A stretch of DNA of 50,984 nucleotides from Coleofasciculus chthonoplastes F2-STO-03 (GCA_040222015.1 JAVJWO010000009.1:1-50984); one strand, 5' to 3'. Positions 40,592 to 50,767 are shown, counted from the first letter of the stretch. Numbers and translations are program-made. Notes: generated by a model not told the origin, from the letters alone.

Positions 40592-41358
40592 ACCTACCTA
40601 CAGGTAAATGAATCTGCCAGCCAATCAAGTCCTGGCTAATCGCTCAAGTCAGCTAAAGCGAGCGAGAACGACCGAATTTAACCAGCTTGAGCATTGAACA
40701 GTGAACCTGAGTTCACAGCTTCGCCCTATCCTTAACCTACCCAGATCTCGACCCAGAGCGATCACCTAATCTAAATAACACCTCAACCAATCGTATCGGG
40801 CGCAAAGGTTTAAGCCGAGGGCGACCCGATCGAATTGAATGGATTGGAGTTGTTCATTAATGCAGGCGGGTCGCCCCAACCAGGATCGCCAGTTCCCTTT
40901 CGGTCAATTCCATCATGCGATCGCAGGTTCTATTCGGGTCAATTCAATCGTGCGATCGGGTTCCATTCCCGTCAATTTTATCGGGCGCACGGGGCGTGCG
41001 CCCCTACGTGTCGGTGAAAAACAGTGCGATCGCCTGTTCCCTTCCAGTCAATTTAATCGTGCGATCGCAGCCTGATTCCCAGCAAGCGCCAATCTTGTTC
41101 CCTCCCCTTCGAGGGGAGGGTTAGGGAGGGGTCGCGTCAAAGTATTGCTTTATTGATTAAGTTTTGGGCGACCCGATAGTTTGTCGGGGCGGGTTTTACC
41201 GATAACCTGTAAGCCAAAACGGGTAACTTATGTAAACCCGCCCTGTTTCTAGCGTTGTTCATTCATGCAGGCATCTCGCCCCGACAAGGTGCGATCGCGA
41301 AATTTCTCCAACTCCGGTAAGATAGACAGCTACACTCGTAGACTATCCCCATGCCCCA

Positions 41359-42447
41359 ATGACTCGATTTCCCCATGACCAATTTGCCAAGGACTATCTT
41401 GAGCAACTCTTATCCCCCATCGGAAACGTTCAAACCAGTCGCAACATTGCTGGAGAAGTGCGCGAGGTTGACGTCTTATTTATCCCCACCTCTATCTCAA
41501 ATGACTACCTCCTCTCACTGGGACTTTTAGGGCGCTTCGCCACAACCTCCGCCGTCTTTGAACCCTTTCGCAACGCCGTTACCCCCAGTCAAATTCGCAG
41601 TTGTCTTTCTAAACTGTTTGACCTATATGCTGAATTAGAACGACGCGCCAGACGGGACTCTACTTCCCTGAACCCTAGTGAACTCCCCCGACTATGGATA
41701 CTTACCCCCACCGCCTCAACCCCCTTACTCGATAGCTTTGGCGCCTTGGGTGACGAACAAAACCGGTTCAATGGACTCTATTTTCTTCACGAGGCGTTCC
41801 GAACAGCCATCGTTGTCATCCACCAACTCCCTCGTACCCCCCAAACCCTCTGGTTGAGACTTCTCGGAAAAGGTAGAGTCCAACAACAAGCCATCGAGGA
41901 GATCACCGCATTACCTGAAGACAGCCAACGGCGGCAGTCTACGCTAGAGTTATTGTATAACTTGCAAGCCAACTTACAAGCTAACCAAGACCAAAAATTA
42001 GACACAGAGGAGAGGGAGTTAATTATGGCGTTAGCACCCCTATATCGGCAACAACTGGATGCCGCGCTGCAACGAGGCATGGAACAAGGATTGCAACAAG
42101 GCATACAACAAGGACAACGACTGATTATCGAAAACCTCCTCCAGACTCGTCTGGGACAGTTGACCCCCACCCTGACTGCTTTAATCACTCCCTTATCGGC
42201 ATTACCCCCTCAGCAATTAACTCCGTTTCTCCTGCAATTATCTCAACTTGAAAACAGTGAATCAGCCATTCAACAAGCACAGTATTTTATTGTCGAAAAT
42301 TTGCTGAAAATTCGATTTGGAGAATTGGATGAACAACTCACCGCACGGGTCACTTCTTTATTAGAATTACCCCCCCAACAGTTAAGCCAATACCTCTTGC
42401 AATTATCTCAGGTATCCCGTGAGCAACTCTTAGCTCGATTTCCCTAA
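41359..42447 (+). CDS. Rpn-like putative PD-(D/E)XK protein with GxQQ repeats and a duplicated C-terminal helical module
   Basis: HDQFAK, EVREVDVLF, FEPFRN, TLWLRLLGKG, GMEQGLQQGIQQG; internal AGGGAG-N6-ATG at 42025. Confidence 0.8.
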   Translation: MTRFPHDQFAKDYLEQLLSPIGNVQTSRNIAGEVREVDVLFIPTSISNDYLLSLGLLGRFATTSAVFEPFRNAVTPSQIRSCLSKLFDLYAELERRARRDSTSLNPSELPRLWILTPTASTPLLDSFGALGDEQNRFNGLYFLHEAFRTAIVVIHQLPRTPQTLWLRLLGKGRVQQQAIEEITALPEDSQRRQSTLELLYNLQANLQANQDQKLDTEERELIMALAPLYRQQLDAALQRGMEQGLQQGIQQGQRLIIENLLQTRLGQLTPTLTALITPLSALPPQQLTPFLLQLSQLENSESAIQQAQYFIVENLLKIRFGELDEQLTARVTSLLELPPQQLSQYLLQLSQVSREQLLARFP

Positions 42448-43505
42448 GCCAGTCCTTAGATCGGCGTCAATGACGAACCGTGCGATCGCTCCCTTGTTCC
42501 TATTCCCGTCAATTTTATCGGGCGCACGGGGCGTGCGCCCCTACAAGGATCGCTTGTTTCCTTGCGGTCAATGGAATCGTGCGATCGCTCCCTTGTTCCT
42601 ATTCCCATCAATTTGATTGGGCGCACGTCTGTGCGCCCCTACGTGCGGGCAACAAACGGTGCGATCACCTGTTCTCATCCGGTCAATTGAATCATGTGAT
42701 CGCTCCCTTATGCCCAGCAAGCGCCAATCTTTCTTGTTCCCTCCCCTTCGAGGGTCCGGTTAGGGAGGGGTAGCGTCAAAGTATTGCTTTGTTGATTAAG
42801 TAAAGAGCGACCCGATCAAATTGAATGAATTGGAGTTATTAATTAATGCAGGCATCTCGCCCCGACAAGGATCACCTGTTTCCTTTGGGTCAATTGAATC
42901 ATGCGATCACCTGTTTCCTTCCAGTCAATTGAATCATGCGATCGTGCCAATCTTTCTTGTTCCCTCCCCTCGAAGGGGAGGGTTAGGGAGAGGTCAGATC
43001 AAGGTATTGCTTTGTTGATTTAGTATTGGGCGACCCGATCAAATTAAATGGATTGGAGTTGTTCATTAATGCAGGCGGGTCGCCCCTACCAGAATCGCCT
43101 GTTCCCTTTCGGTCAATTCCATCATGCGATCGCCTGTTCTGTTTAGGTCAATGGAATCGTGCGATCGCCGGTTGTTCCCATTTCCATCAATTGTATTGGG
43201 CGCAAAGGTTTGAGCCGAGGGCGACCCGATCCAATTGAATGGATTGGAGTTGTTCATTGATGCAGGCGGGTCGCCCCTACCAGAATCGCCTGTTTCCTTG
43301 GGGTCAATTCAATGGTGCGATCGCTTCCTTATTCCTACTTCCGTCAATTTGATCGGGCGCAGGTCGGTCATTGGTGTCAATTTAAGCTTCGTTGTGCCCA
43401 TATCATTGCAGAACACTCACTATTTTCTCGGTGACATTTACGGGTAGCCTTAACCAATCCTAAGATTTGCTAAAATATGAACTAACCATGACTTAGGGAT
43501 GGACA

Positions 43506-43901
43506 ATGGCTCCTGCTACTGATATTCACCAAAAAGCGATCACGCTGATTGGACAGCTACCTCAGGACAAATTGATAGCAGTTGTGCAGCTATTGGAATT
43601 TTTAGCGCAGCCGCCTCAGTCGAGTACAGTTAGTCCCCAGGAAACCCAATTGCTTGAGGTGATAGAGAGCCATATCTCTGAAGAGGAACAAATCCATCTA
43701 AACACATTACGCGATCGCTGTGAATGGGATGAACTGAGCGAAGCGGAATATCAGGAACTAATTGGTTACGAAGATTTGTTAGAGGAAAAGCGAGTAAAAC
43801 GATTAGAAGCCCTGATCCAACTAGCGCAGATTAGGAATATTGACCTAATCCGCTTAAACCAACAAATTCAGTTGAGATCCCAGCCTTCCCATGCCGTCTG
43901 A
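43506..43901 (+). CDS. Helical protein upstream of HNH, putative antitoxin
   Basis: LSEAEYQEL...RVKRLEALIQLAQIR; overlaps the HNH start. Confidence 0.7.
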   Translation: MAPATDIHQKAITLIGQLPQDKLIAVVQLLEFLAQPPQSSTVSPQETQLLEVIESHISEEEQIHLNTLRDRCEWDELSEAEYQELIGYEDLLEEKRVKRLEALIQLAQIRNIDLIRLNQQIQLRSQPSHAV

Positions 43902-44325
43902 CTATGAACGAATCCCCACAGCACTGAGACAGGAAATCGCTCAACAGGCAAAGCATCGATGCGAATACTGCCGTTGCCCAGATGAATTCTCTCCTGACAG
44001 CTTTACCGTTGATCATATCAAGCCTCGACAACTCGGCGGAGCAACCACTACTGAAAATCTAGCCTGGGCGTGTTTCGGCTGTAATGGTCGTAAATACACC
44101 CGGACTGTTTATCCTGACCCAAAGACGGGACAAGAGATTGCCCTATTCAATCCTCGTCAGCAGAATTGGACAGAGCATTTTGATTGGACTGAAGATTTAA
44201 CTCAACTACTCGGTCGAACCCCCTGCGGTCGTGCCACCATCGCAGCACTTGCACTCAACCGTCCGGGAGTCGTAAATCTTCGACGCCTACTTATCTTAGC
44301 CGGACTGCATCCACCGAATCAGTGA
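43891..44325 (+). CDS. HNH endonuclease
   Basis: RCEYC, VDHIKP, NLAWACFGCN, LFNPR. Confidence 0.92.
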   Translation: MPSDYERIPTALRQEIAQQAKHRCEYCRCPDEFSPDSFTVDHIKPRQLGGATTTENLAWACFGCNGRKYTRTVYPDPKTGQEIALFNPRQQNWTEHFDWTEDLTQLLGRTPCGRATIAALALNRPGVVNLRRLLILAGLHPPNQ

Positions 44326-44758
44326 ACAGAAAGAATCCAAAAGCTTACTATTTGAATGGATTGTAATTATTCATTGATGAGGTGCATCTCGCCCCTACCA
44401 GGATCGCCTGTTCCCTTTCGGTCAATTCCATCATGCGATCGCAGGTTCCATTTCCGTCAATTGTATTGGGCGCAAAGGTTTGAGCCGAGGGCGACCCGAT
44501 CGAATTGAATGGATTGGAGTTGTTCATTAATGCAGGCGGGTCGCCCCTACCAGGATCGCCTGTTCCCTTTCGGTCAATTCCATCATGCGATCGCCTGTTC
44601 TGTTTAGGTCAATTCAATCGTGCGATCGCAGGTTCCATTCCCGTCAATTTTATCGGGCGCACGGGGCGTGCGCCCCTACGTGTCGGTGAAAAACAGTGCG
44701 ATCGCCTGTTCCCTTCTGGTCAATTCCATCATGCGATCGCGCCAAGCTTATCTGCCAA

Positions 44759-45166
44759 TCATACTACCCAATTTTCCCAAGTCAAGCCAGGAATTCGGGA
44801 AAATTCTTTCACGTTATTGGTAACTAAAGTGATATTATGAGCAAGAGCTTGGCAAGCAATAAGTAAATCCATTGCACCAATCACCATGCCCATTTTTTCT
44901 AATTCTGCTCGCATTTTACCATAAGTTTGTGTTGTTTGGACATCAAAAGGTAAAATTTCCAGCATCATTATAAACTGACTCAACGCCGCCCTGTTTTGTT
45001 CTTGACGCTGACTTTTGTAAGCTCCATACTCCAGTTCAGCCACTGTAATAGATGATACGCCAATATCAGATGGACTGAGGCTTTGAAACTTGGCGAGTAC
45101 GTTGGCGGGTTTTTGTCTGATAATGTAGATGCAAATATTAGTATCCAGCAAAAATCTTATTGCCAT
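44759..45166 (-). CDS. vapC: VapC PIN-domain toxin
   Basis: LLDTNICI, ITVAEL.YG, DLLIA, LVTNN. Confidence 0.94.
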   Translation of the reverse strand: MAIRFLLDTNICIYIIRQKPANVLAKFQSLSPSDIGVSSITVAELEYGAYKSQRQEQNRAALSQFIMMLEILPFDVQTTQTYGKMRAELEKMGMVIGAMDLLIACQALAHNITLVTNNVKEFSRIPGLTWENWVV

Positions 45167-45387
45167 ATTTCTCTAGTTTCCAGGCTAGGCTGTTCCCGGT
45201 TCTCCATAAAGTCATCCGAAAATAGATGTAAGCTTTCTCTTAAAGTTTGCCAAGGATTAGCTTTAGGAATCAAAATCAGTACATTACCAATTTTTTTAAT
45301 GTAAACTTCGTTATCCTGGAAGTGAAATTCTTTGGGTAATATAACCGTCTGATTATCATCATTAACTAATAATTTTGCTGTCTTCAT
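45157..45387 (-). CDS. vapB: VapB (AbrB/MazE-fold) antitoxin
   Basis: TAKL...QTVILPKEF, FSDDFM; overlaps vapC. Confidence 0.9.
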   Translation of the reverse strand: MKTAKLLVNDDNQTVILPKEFHFQDNEVYIKKIGNVLILIPKANPWQTLRESLHLFSDDFMENREQPSLETREIWQ

Positions 45388-45798
45388 CTATGTTTCGTGG
45401 CTGGGTATCTAGGGAGGAAAGCTGCGCCTCCTAATAATTACAAAGATAACATAAGTATTGAACCGATCTCGCCTCTTCCCTTCCAGTCAATTCCATCATG
45501 CGATCGCAGCCTGATTCCCAGCAAGCGCCAATCTTGTTCCCTCCCCTTGAAGGGGAGGGTTAGGGAGGGGTCAAATCACGGTATTGCTTTGTTGATTAAG
45601 TTTTGGGCGACCCGATAGTTTGTCGGGGCGGGTTTTACCGATAACCTGTAAGCCAAAACGGGTAACTTATGTAAACCCGCCCTGTTTCTAGCGTTGTTCA
45701 TTAATGCAGGCATCTCGCCCCGACAAGGTGAGATCGCTTTCTTTTCTCCAACTCCGGTAAGATAGACAGCTACACTCGTAGACTATCCCCATTCCCTA

Positions 45799-46700
45799 AT
45801 GACTCGATTTCCTCACGACCAATTTGCTTGCGTAATACCTCGACCAACTCTTATCCCCGATTGGAAAAGTTACAACCAGTCACAACATTGCTGGGGAAGT
45901 GCGCGAGGTTGACGTCTTATTCATCCCCACCTCTGTCTCAAATGACTACCTCCTCTCACTGGGACTTTTAGGGCGTTTCGCCACAACGTCCGCCGTCTTT
46001 GAACCCTTTCGCAATCCTGTCACCTGCGAGCAAATTTGTGATTGTATTGCCAAACTCTTTGACCTACATCGGGAATTGAGACGACGCGCCAGACGGGAAT
46101 CCACCTCCCTGAACCCAAGTGAACTCCCCCGACTATGGATACTTACCCCCACCGCTTCAACACCCTTACTCGATAGCTTTGGCGCCTTGGGTGACGAACA
46201 AAACTGGTTAAATGGACTCTATTTTCTCCACGAGGCGTTCCGAACAGCCATCGTCGTCATCCACCAACTCCCTCGTACCCCAGAAACCCTCTGGTTGAGA
46301 CTTCTCGGAAAAGGCACGATCCAACAACAAGCCATCGAGGAAATCACCGCATTACCCGAAGACAGCCAACTACGAGAGTTTACGAAGCGAGTTATTGTAT
46401 GACTTGCAAGCCAACTTACAAGCCAACCAAGACCAAAAATTAGACCCAGAGGAGAGGGAGTTAATTATGGCATTAGCACCCCTATATCGGCAACAACTGG
46501 ATGCCGCGCTGCAACGAGGCATGGAACAAGGATTGCAACAAGGCATACAACAAGGCATACAACAAGGACAACGACTGATTATCGAAAAGGTCACTTCTTT
46601 ATTAGCATTACCTCCCCAACAGTTAAGCCAATACCTCTTGCAATTATCTCAGCTATCCCGTGAGCAACTCCTCGCTCGATTTCCTATAGCCAGTCCTTAA
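45799..46700 (+). pseudogene. Second copy of the Rpn-like gene, with two frameshifts and a C-terminal deletion; internal ORF 46467-46700 intact
   Basis: Aligns to 41359-42447; frameshifts near 45830 and 46385; about 300 bp upstream is also duplicated. Confidence 0.88.
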
Positions 46701-46881
46701 AGTGTCGTCAACAACGAACCGTGCGATCGCCTGTTCCATACCCATCAACAAAGATGGTGCGATCGCAGCCTGATTCCCAGCAAGCGCCAATCTTTCTTGT
46801 TCTCTCCCCTTCGAGGGGAGGGTTAGGGAGGTCTGATTCTTGAGAAACTGTATAACTTAATAATCATTTACAGAAATAACC

Positions 46882-47097
46882 ATGCCAGACGTACAGCTTC
46901 TTTCTCCCAAACAACATACTCTCTCTATCCAACTCGACTTGAGCCGTTCTCAAGATAAAGAAAAAGCCTTACAAATATTAGGACTCTATATCAAACGCTT
47001 TGAACTCCTGCTGAGGAAAAAATATGCCAACATCGGACAGGATGCTACAGCTTGCGCCCGTGCCATTGTCCCACTCAAGGTTACCCGATCGAATTGA
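46882..47097 (+). pseudogene. Probable 5' fragment of an unknown gene, running into a repeat
   Basis: ATG ORF whose last codons come from the ACCCGATCGAATTGA repeat. Confidence 0.45.
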
Positions 47098-47112
47098 ATG
47101 GATTGGAGTTGT

Positions 47113-47214
47113 TATAGCACTGAGCGCTTGTATGTTTACACATTAGAAATGGAGGCTTTATCAGGAGGCTTTTAGATCACTTGTACTGTAACTACGCTAG
47201 AGCGCACTGCTATA
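47113..47214. mobile_element. MITE of about 102 bp with TATAGCA...TGCTATA ends, interrupting an array-2 repeat
   Basis: Inverted ends; the host repeat stops at GATTGGAGTTGT. Confidence 0.65.
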
Positions 47215-47496
47215 ATTACAGCGTTTTCAGACTCGATGTGATACACCCTGTCCAAGAGTAGAAAAGCACTATCTCATCTTCCTGTACTACAAGGTATTGG
47301 TATTGTTGATTTAGTATTGGGCGACCCGACCCAATTGAATGGATTGGAGTTGTTCATTGATGCAGGCGGGTCGCCCCTACAATACCAGGGGTTTCATGAC
47401 ATAGCTTGGTGCGATCGCTTTCTTTTCTCCAACTCCGGTAAGATAGATTGCTACACTCGTAGACTACTGTGGAATGGGTGGGAAACCGCATAATCC

Positions 47497-49047
47497 TCAG
47501 CCTCGAATTACAACAACTCGGCGATCGCAGGCTGTCTTTGCCGACTCTGTGGTGGTGCGTTCAGCAATCGGTGGAAGTCCCTGACGCTGGTCAAAAATCA
47601 CCAGCCACCCCGTTTCCAGCCCTAACCCCGCCAGATACCGATCCAACTGCTCGAGTCCAGCTTTTATCGGGTCAGGGCGTCCCTGGCGCCATACTTTCAA
47701 CTCCATCGCCAGTGTGACATCCCCATAGCGCAGACATAAGTCCATCCGATCTGAGCCAATAGCATATTCCCGCTCTAGAGTACCGCCTCCGTTCACCACC
47801 CGATGCAAAAATGCCATCAAGACCAAATGAGGTGCAATTTCATGGTAGGGAGCGCTTTTGAGTAAAGGTTCCCCATGCTGTCGCCAAAAGCTGATAAAGG
47901 CTTGCAGCAGTTGCTCTTGATCAAGTTTCCCCTCAGGCGTTAACCAACTGGGGGAAATTTGGGGTAAGGAGGCTTGGGGGGTTTGGCTTAACACCAGAGG
48001 TAACACCTCTTGGTAAATTGGATTCGCGATCGCTAAACCGCCCTGTGAACTCATGCGACACAAGCCTAAATCAATCAGGAATTGCACATCATCTTGAGGA
48101 ATATCCTCTAACTCTTGCCCAATCAACATCGGTTCAATCACCGCCCGCACTCGGTCTTCTCGCAGAATACTAGCTAAACTATCCAGGTGAGTATCTTGGC
48201 GTTGAATCAGAATTTCTTTGGCTGTCTCAATGTGGTTTACAGTAATCGGTTGAGTCGGTTCAGTAACCAACTCTTCCACAATTTCTTTGGCTAAGGCATT
48301 CACCAACCAGGGTTGACCCTGAGTTAATGCAAACGCTCGCTCTACTGCCTCCCTCTCAAACACCTGCCCGGTTTCAGTGGTATGCTGCTCATACAATTGG
48401 GCGACTTCGGCACAGGTAAAGTTTCTCAGGGTTAGGGATTTAATCTTGATATTGAACGGACTAGAGGTATTCAGACGACGACTCCCCCCAGATGCCAGCT
48501 TATAATCTCGCACATCCCGCACCCCAATCAGCGCCATCGCCTGGGGAAATCCGTTTGGTCGCTTCGGATAACCATTTCTGAGCTGGCGTAACACAGAAAT
48601 TAAGGTTTCATCTTGCAGAGAATCAATTTCATCAATGAACACAACCAATGGACGCGAGGACTGTTGCGCCCAAGCACTCAGCGCCGCCCCAATCTGTCGC
48701 CCTGGCTCAGAGGCGGGAAACTCTGGAGGATAGAGTTCGGGGGGAAGCCAAAAGGTGGCGTCATCGTTCCAAGCATCGAGCATCGCCTTTTCCGCCGCCC
48801 CAGGATCATGGGGAAAGGCTGCGCCCACTTCTGCGGATACCATCACGGCGGTGTATTGCCCACTAGCAGTAAGGTGCTGGGCTAGGGCAAGCATGGCAGT
48901 AGTTTTGCCCGTTTGCCGAGGCGCATGGATGACAAAATAGCCCTGCTGTACAATCAGTCGCTCTAGCTGGGGTAGCCGAGCCAAGGGAGGGAGCATGTAG
49001 TGAATGTCCACTTTGCACGGTCCTGCCGTGTTAAACCATTTGGGCAT
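47497..49047 (-). CDS. P-loop (AAA-like) ATPase with C-terminal PD-(D/E)XK nuclease-like domain
   Basis: HAPRQTGKTT, VFIDEID, SPFNI, TQGQPWLV; MDLCL...MELK...GLEQL. Confidence 0.88.
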   Translation of the reverse strand: MPKWFNTAGPCKVDIHYMLPPLARLPQLERLIVQQGYFVIHAPRQTGKTTAMLALAQHLTASGQYTAVMVSAEVGAAFPHDPGAAEKAMLDAWNDDATFWLPPELYPPEFPASEPGRQIGAALSAWAQQSSRPLVVFIDEIDSLQDETLISVLRQLRNGYPKRPNGFPQAMALIGVRDVRDYKLASGGSRRLNTSSPFNIKIKSLTLRNFTCAEVAQLYEQHTTETGQVFEREAVERAFALTQGQPWLVNALAKEIVEELVTEPTQPITVNHIETAKEILIQRQDTHLDSLASILREDRVRAVIEPMLIGQELEDIPQDDVQFLIDLGLCRMSSQGGLAIANPIYQEVLPLVLSQTPQASLPQISPSWLTPEGKLDQEQLLQAFISFWRQHGEPLLKSAPYHEIAPHLVLMAFLHRVVNGGGTLEREYAIGSDRMDLCLRYGDVTLAMELKVWRQGRPDPIKAGLEQLDRYLAGLGLETGWLVIFDQRQGLPPIAERTTTESAKTACDRRVVVIRG

Positions 49048-49301
49048 GGGCAGAGAGCAGGTAAGCCATTGTTCAATCTTACTATCAAGTTGGGTTGAAT
49101 ATTCAATTGTGCGATCGCCCCCTTAGATTTCTCCTGCTGAAAAACGCTATGACACAAAGGGTGTGAGGAAAGGGCGACCCGATACAATTGAGTGGACAGG
49201 AGTTGTTAATTGATGTAGGCGGCGGGTCGCCCCTACAGGTTGTTAATTTATGTAGGCGGATGTTCAACCGCCCTAACGAATAATCACTACATTTACCAAA
49301 A

Positions 49302-50102
49302 ATGCTGACCCAATCGTCTCAATCCTTACGTCAATCTCTCTTCCCTTCCCTAATAGCCCTTCTCTGTATCATTGCCGTGGGGGGGTTACAAATTCCCCAA
49401 CTCAATCAACTCCAAGGCAAAGGCGAAAATCTTTCTCCCATAGAACTGCAACGCCAAATCGAAGCCGAAAAGGTACGCCTAAATCTCCTCCAGAAAGTAC
49501 CAACATTCGGATTTGATAACCTAGTAGCCGATTGGGTTTTTCTCAATTTCCTGCAATACTTTGGTGATGATGAAGCTCGCGATGTCACCGGCTATCAACT
49601 TAGCCCAGAATACTTTGAAGTGATTCTGACCCGTGACCCCCGCTTCTTAGACGCCTACTTTTTCCTTTCCGGTAGCACGTCCCTCTATGCTGGTATGCCA
49701 GATCGGTCAGTAGAATTAATGGAAGAAGGACTCCAGCAGCTTTCCCCGAAAGTCCCCCCCAAATCTTATTACATCTGGCGCTATAAGGGAATTGACGAAC
49801 TGTTATTCCTCGGTGACGCCCAAGCCGCCCGCCAATCCTTTGAGAAAGCCGCAGAATGGGCAAGCACTTATGAAGATGAAGAAAGTCAGTACATCGCCTC
49901 AATTTCCCACCAAACCGCCCAGTTTATTGCCCGTAATCCCTCAAGCAAATCAGCCCAAGTCAGTGCTTGGTCAATGGTGCTACAAAACGCCATGGACGAT
50001 CGCACTCGTCAACGTGCCATTAATCAGATTGAAGCACTCGGCGGCAAAGTAGTTACCACCCCAGAAGGTGCTGTGAAAATTCAACTCCCACAAAGGGATT
50101 AA
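49302..50102 (+). CDS. Membrane-anchored TPR-like protein, resembling pilin-locus accessory proteins (PilG/XapA-like)
   Basis: N-terminal TM; LVADWVFLNFLQYFGD and DPRFLDAY motifs; family recalled from memory. Confidence 0.65.
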   Translation: MLTQSSQSLRQSLFPSLIALLCIIAVGGLQIPQLNQLQGKGENLSPIELQRQIEAEKVRLNLLQKVPTFGFDNLVADWVFLNFLQYFGDDEARDVTGYQLSPEYFEVILTRDPRFLDAYFFLSGSTSLYAGMPDRSVELMEEGLQQLSPKVPPKSYYIWRYKGIDELLFLGDAQAARQSFEKAAEWASTYEDEESQYIASISHQTAQFIARNPSSKSAQVSAWSMVLQNAMDDRTRQRAINQIEALGGKVVTTPEGAVKIQLPQRD

Positions 50103-50109
50103 AATTTGG

Positions 50110-50217
50110 AGGGCAGCAGGGGGAGCAGGGGGAGCAATGTAGAGACGTGCCATGGCGCGTCTGGCAGCAGGGGGCAGATGAGGGAGATGAGGGAGATGAG
50201 GGAGATGGGGAAGATGA
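50110..50217. repeat. 9-bp tandem repeats (GCAGGGGGA, GATGAGGGA) around a GTAGAGACGTGCCATGGCGCGTC palindrome
   Basis: Seen directly. Confidence 0.85.
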
Positions 50218-50290
50218 GTAAGTTAACTCAAAACTCTACCTTACCTGTTAACTGACTGTTACCTGTTAACTGTTACCTGACAAATGACCT

Positions 50291-50767
50291 TCATAAAATA
50301 CTGCTCATGATCTGTTGTGCGATTATGCCTAACCCATAGCCAACCAGGGAAAAGACGACCAAAACACTGAAAGCTTTCCATTCACCAAAGTTGGCAACTT
50401 GTAAATCTAACCGCACTAACGCCCCGGCTGATAGCAGCACTAGAATCCGGACAAAAACATGTATCCAGCAGAGAATCAACACTGCCAAAAAAGCGCCCAC
50501 AATCACGGAAATAAAAGCGCGGGTATCTGACTTCAGCCAACTGCTGTAAACGCTCTGAATCAGCGTCAGTGGGGCAGTTAGGGCTAAATCAATAAATACG
50601 ATATATATTGCCCCCATCAGCCACAATACCCAAGGTCTATCCGCATCTGCGATTAACTCAGAAGCCGCGATCAACCAGCCAAAGACGCAATGGGTGGCGA
50701 ACAAGATCGAGAAGGAAGTCCAAGGCAGTTTTTTGATCAACCTGGAGCCTCGGTTGAGGTAATACAT
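50291..50767 (-). CDS. Hypothetical integral membrane protein
   Basis: About five hydrophobic helices; SDTRAF and RLDLQ motifs. Confidence 0.75.
   Translation of the reverse strand: MYYLNRGSRLIKKLPWTSFSILFATHCVFGWLIAASELIADADRPWVLWLMGAIYIVFIDLALTAPLTLIQSVYSSWLKSDTRAFISVIVGAFLAVLILCWIHVFVRILVLLSAGALVRLDLQVANFGEWKAFSVLVVFSLVGYGLGIIAQQIMSSIL

Larger units (their letters stand above)
40790..49240. repeat. Cassette array 2: about 11 full or partial GGGCGACCCG-N38-CGGGTCGCCC elements, runs of ~35-bp HIP1-ended units and CCCTCCCC hairpins
   Basis: Copies near 40819, 41166, 42806, 43028, 43218, 44352, 44489, 45605, 47083, 47319, 49172. Confidence 0.92.

Noticed and set aside
40885..44745. 35-bp units as a CRISPR
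   Set aside because: Variable parts are only about 13 nt and related to each other
40835..45618. Recurrent ORFs starting MNGLELFINAGG or MRSQV
   Set aside because: TTG/GTG-started translations of array-2 repeats, with inconsistent lengths and frames
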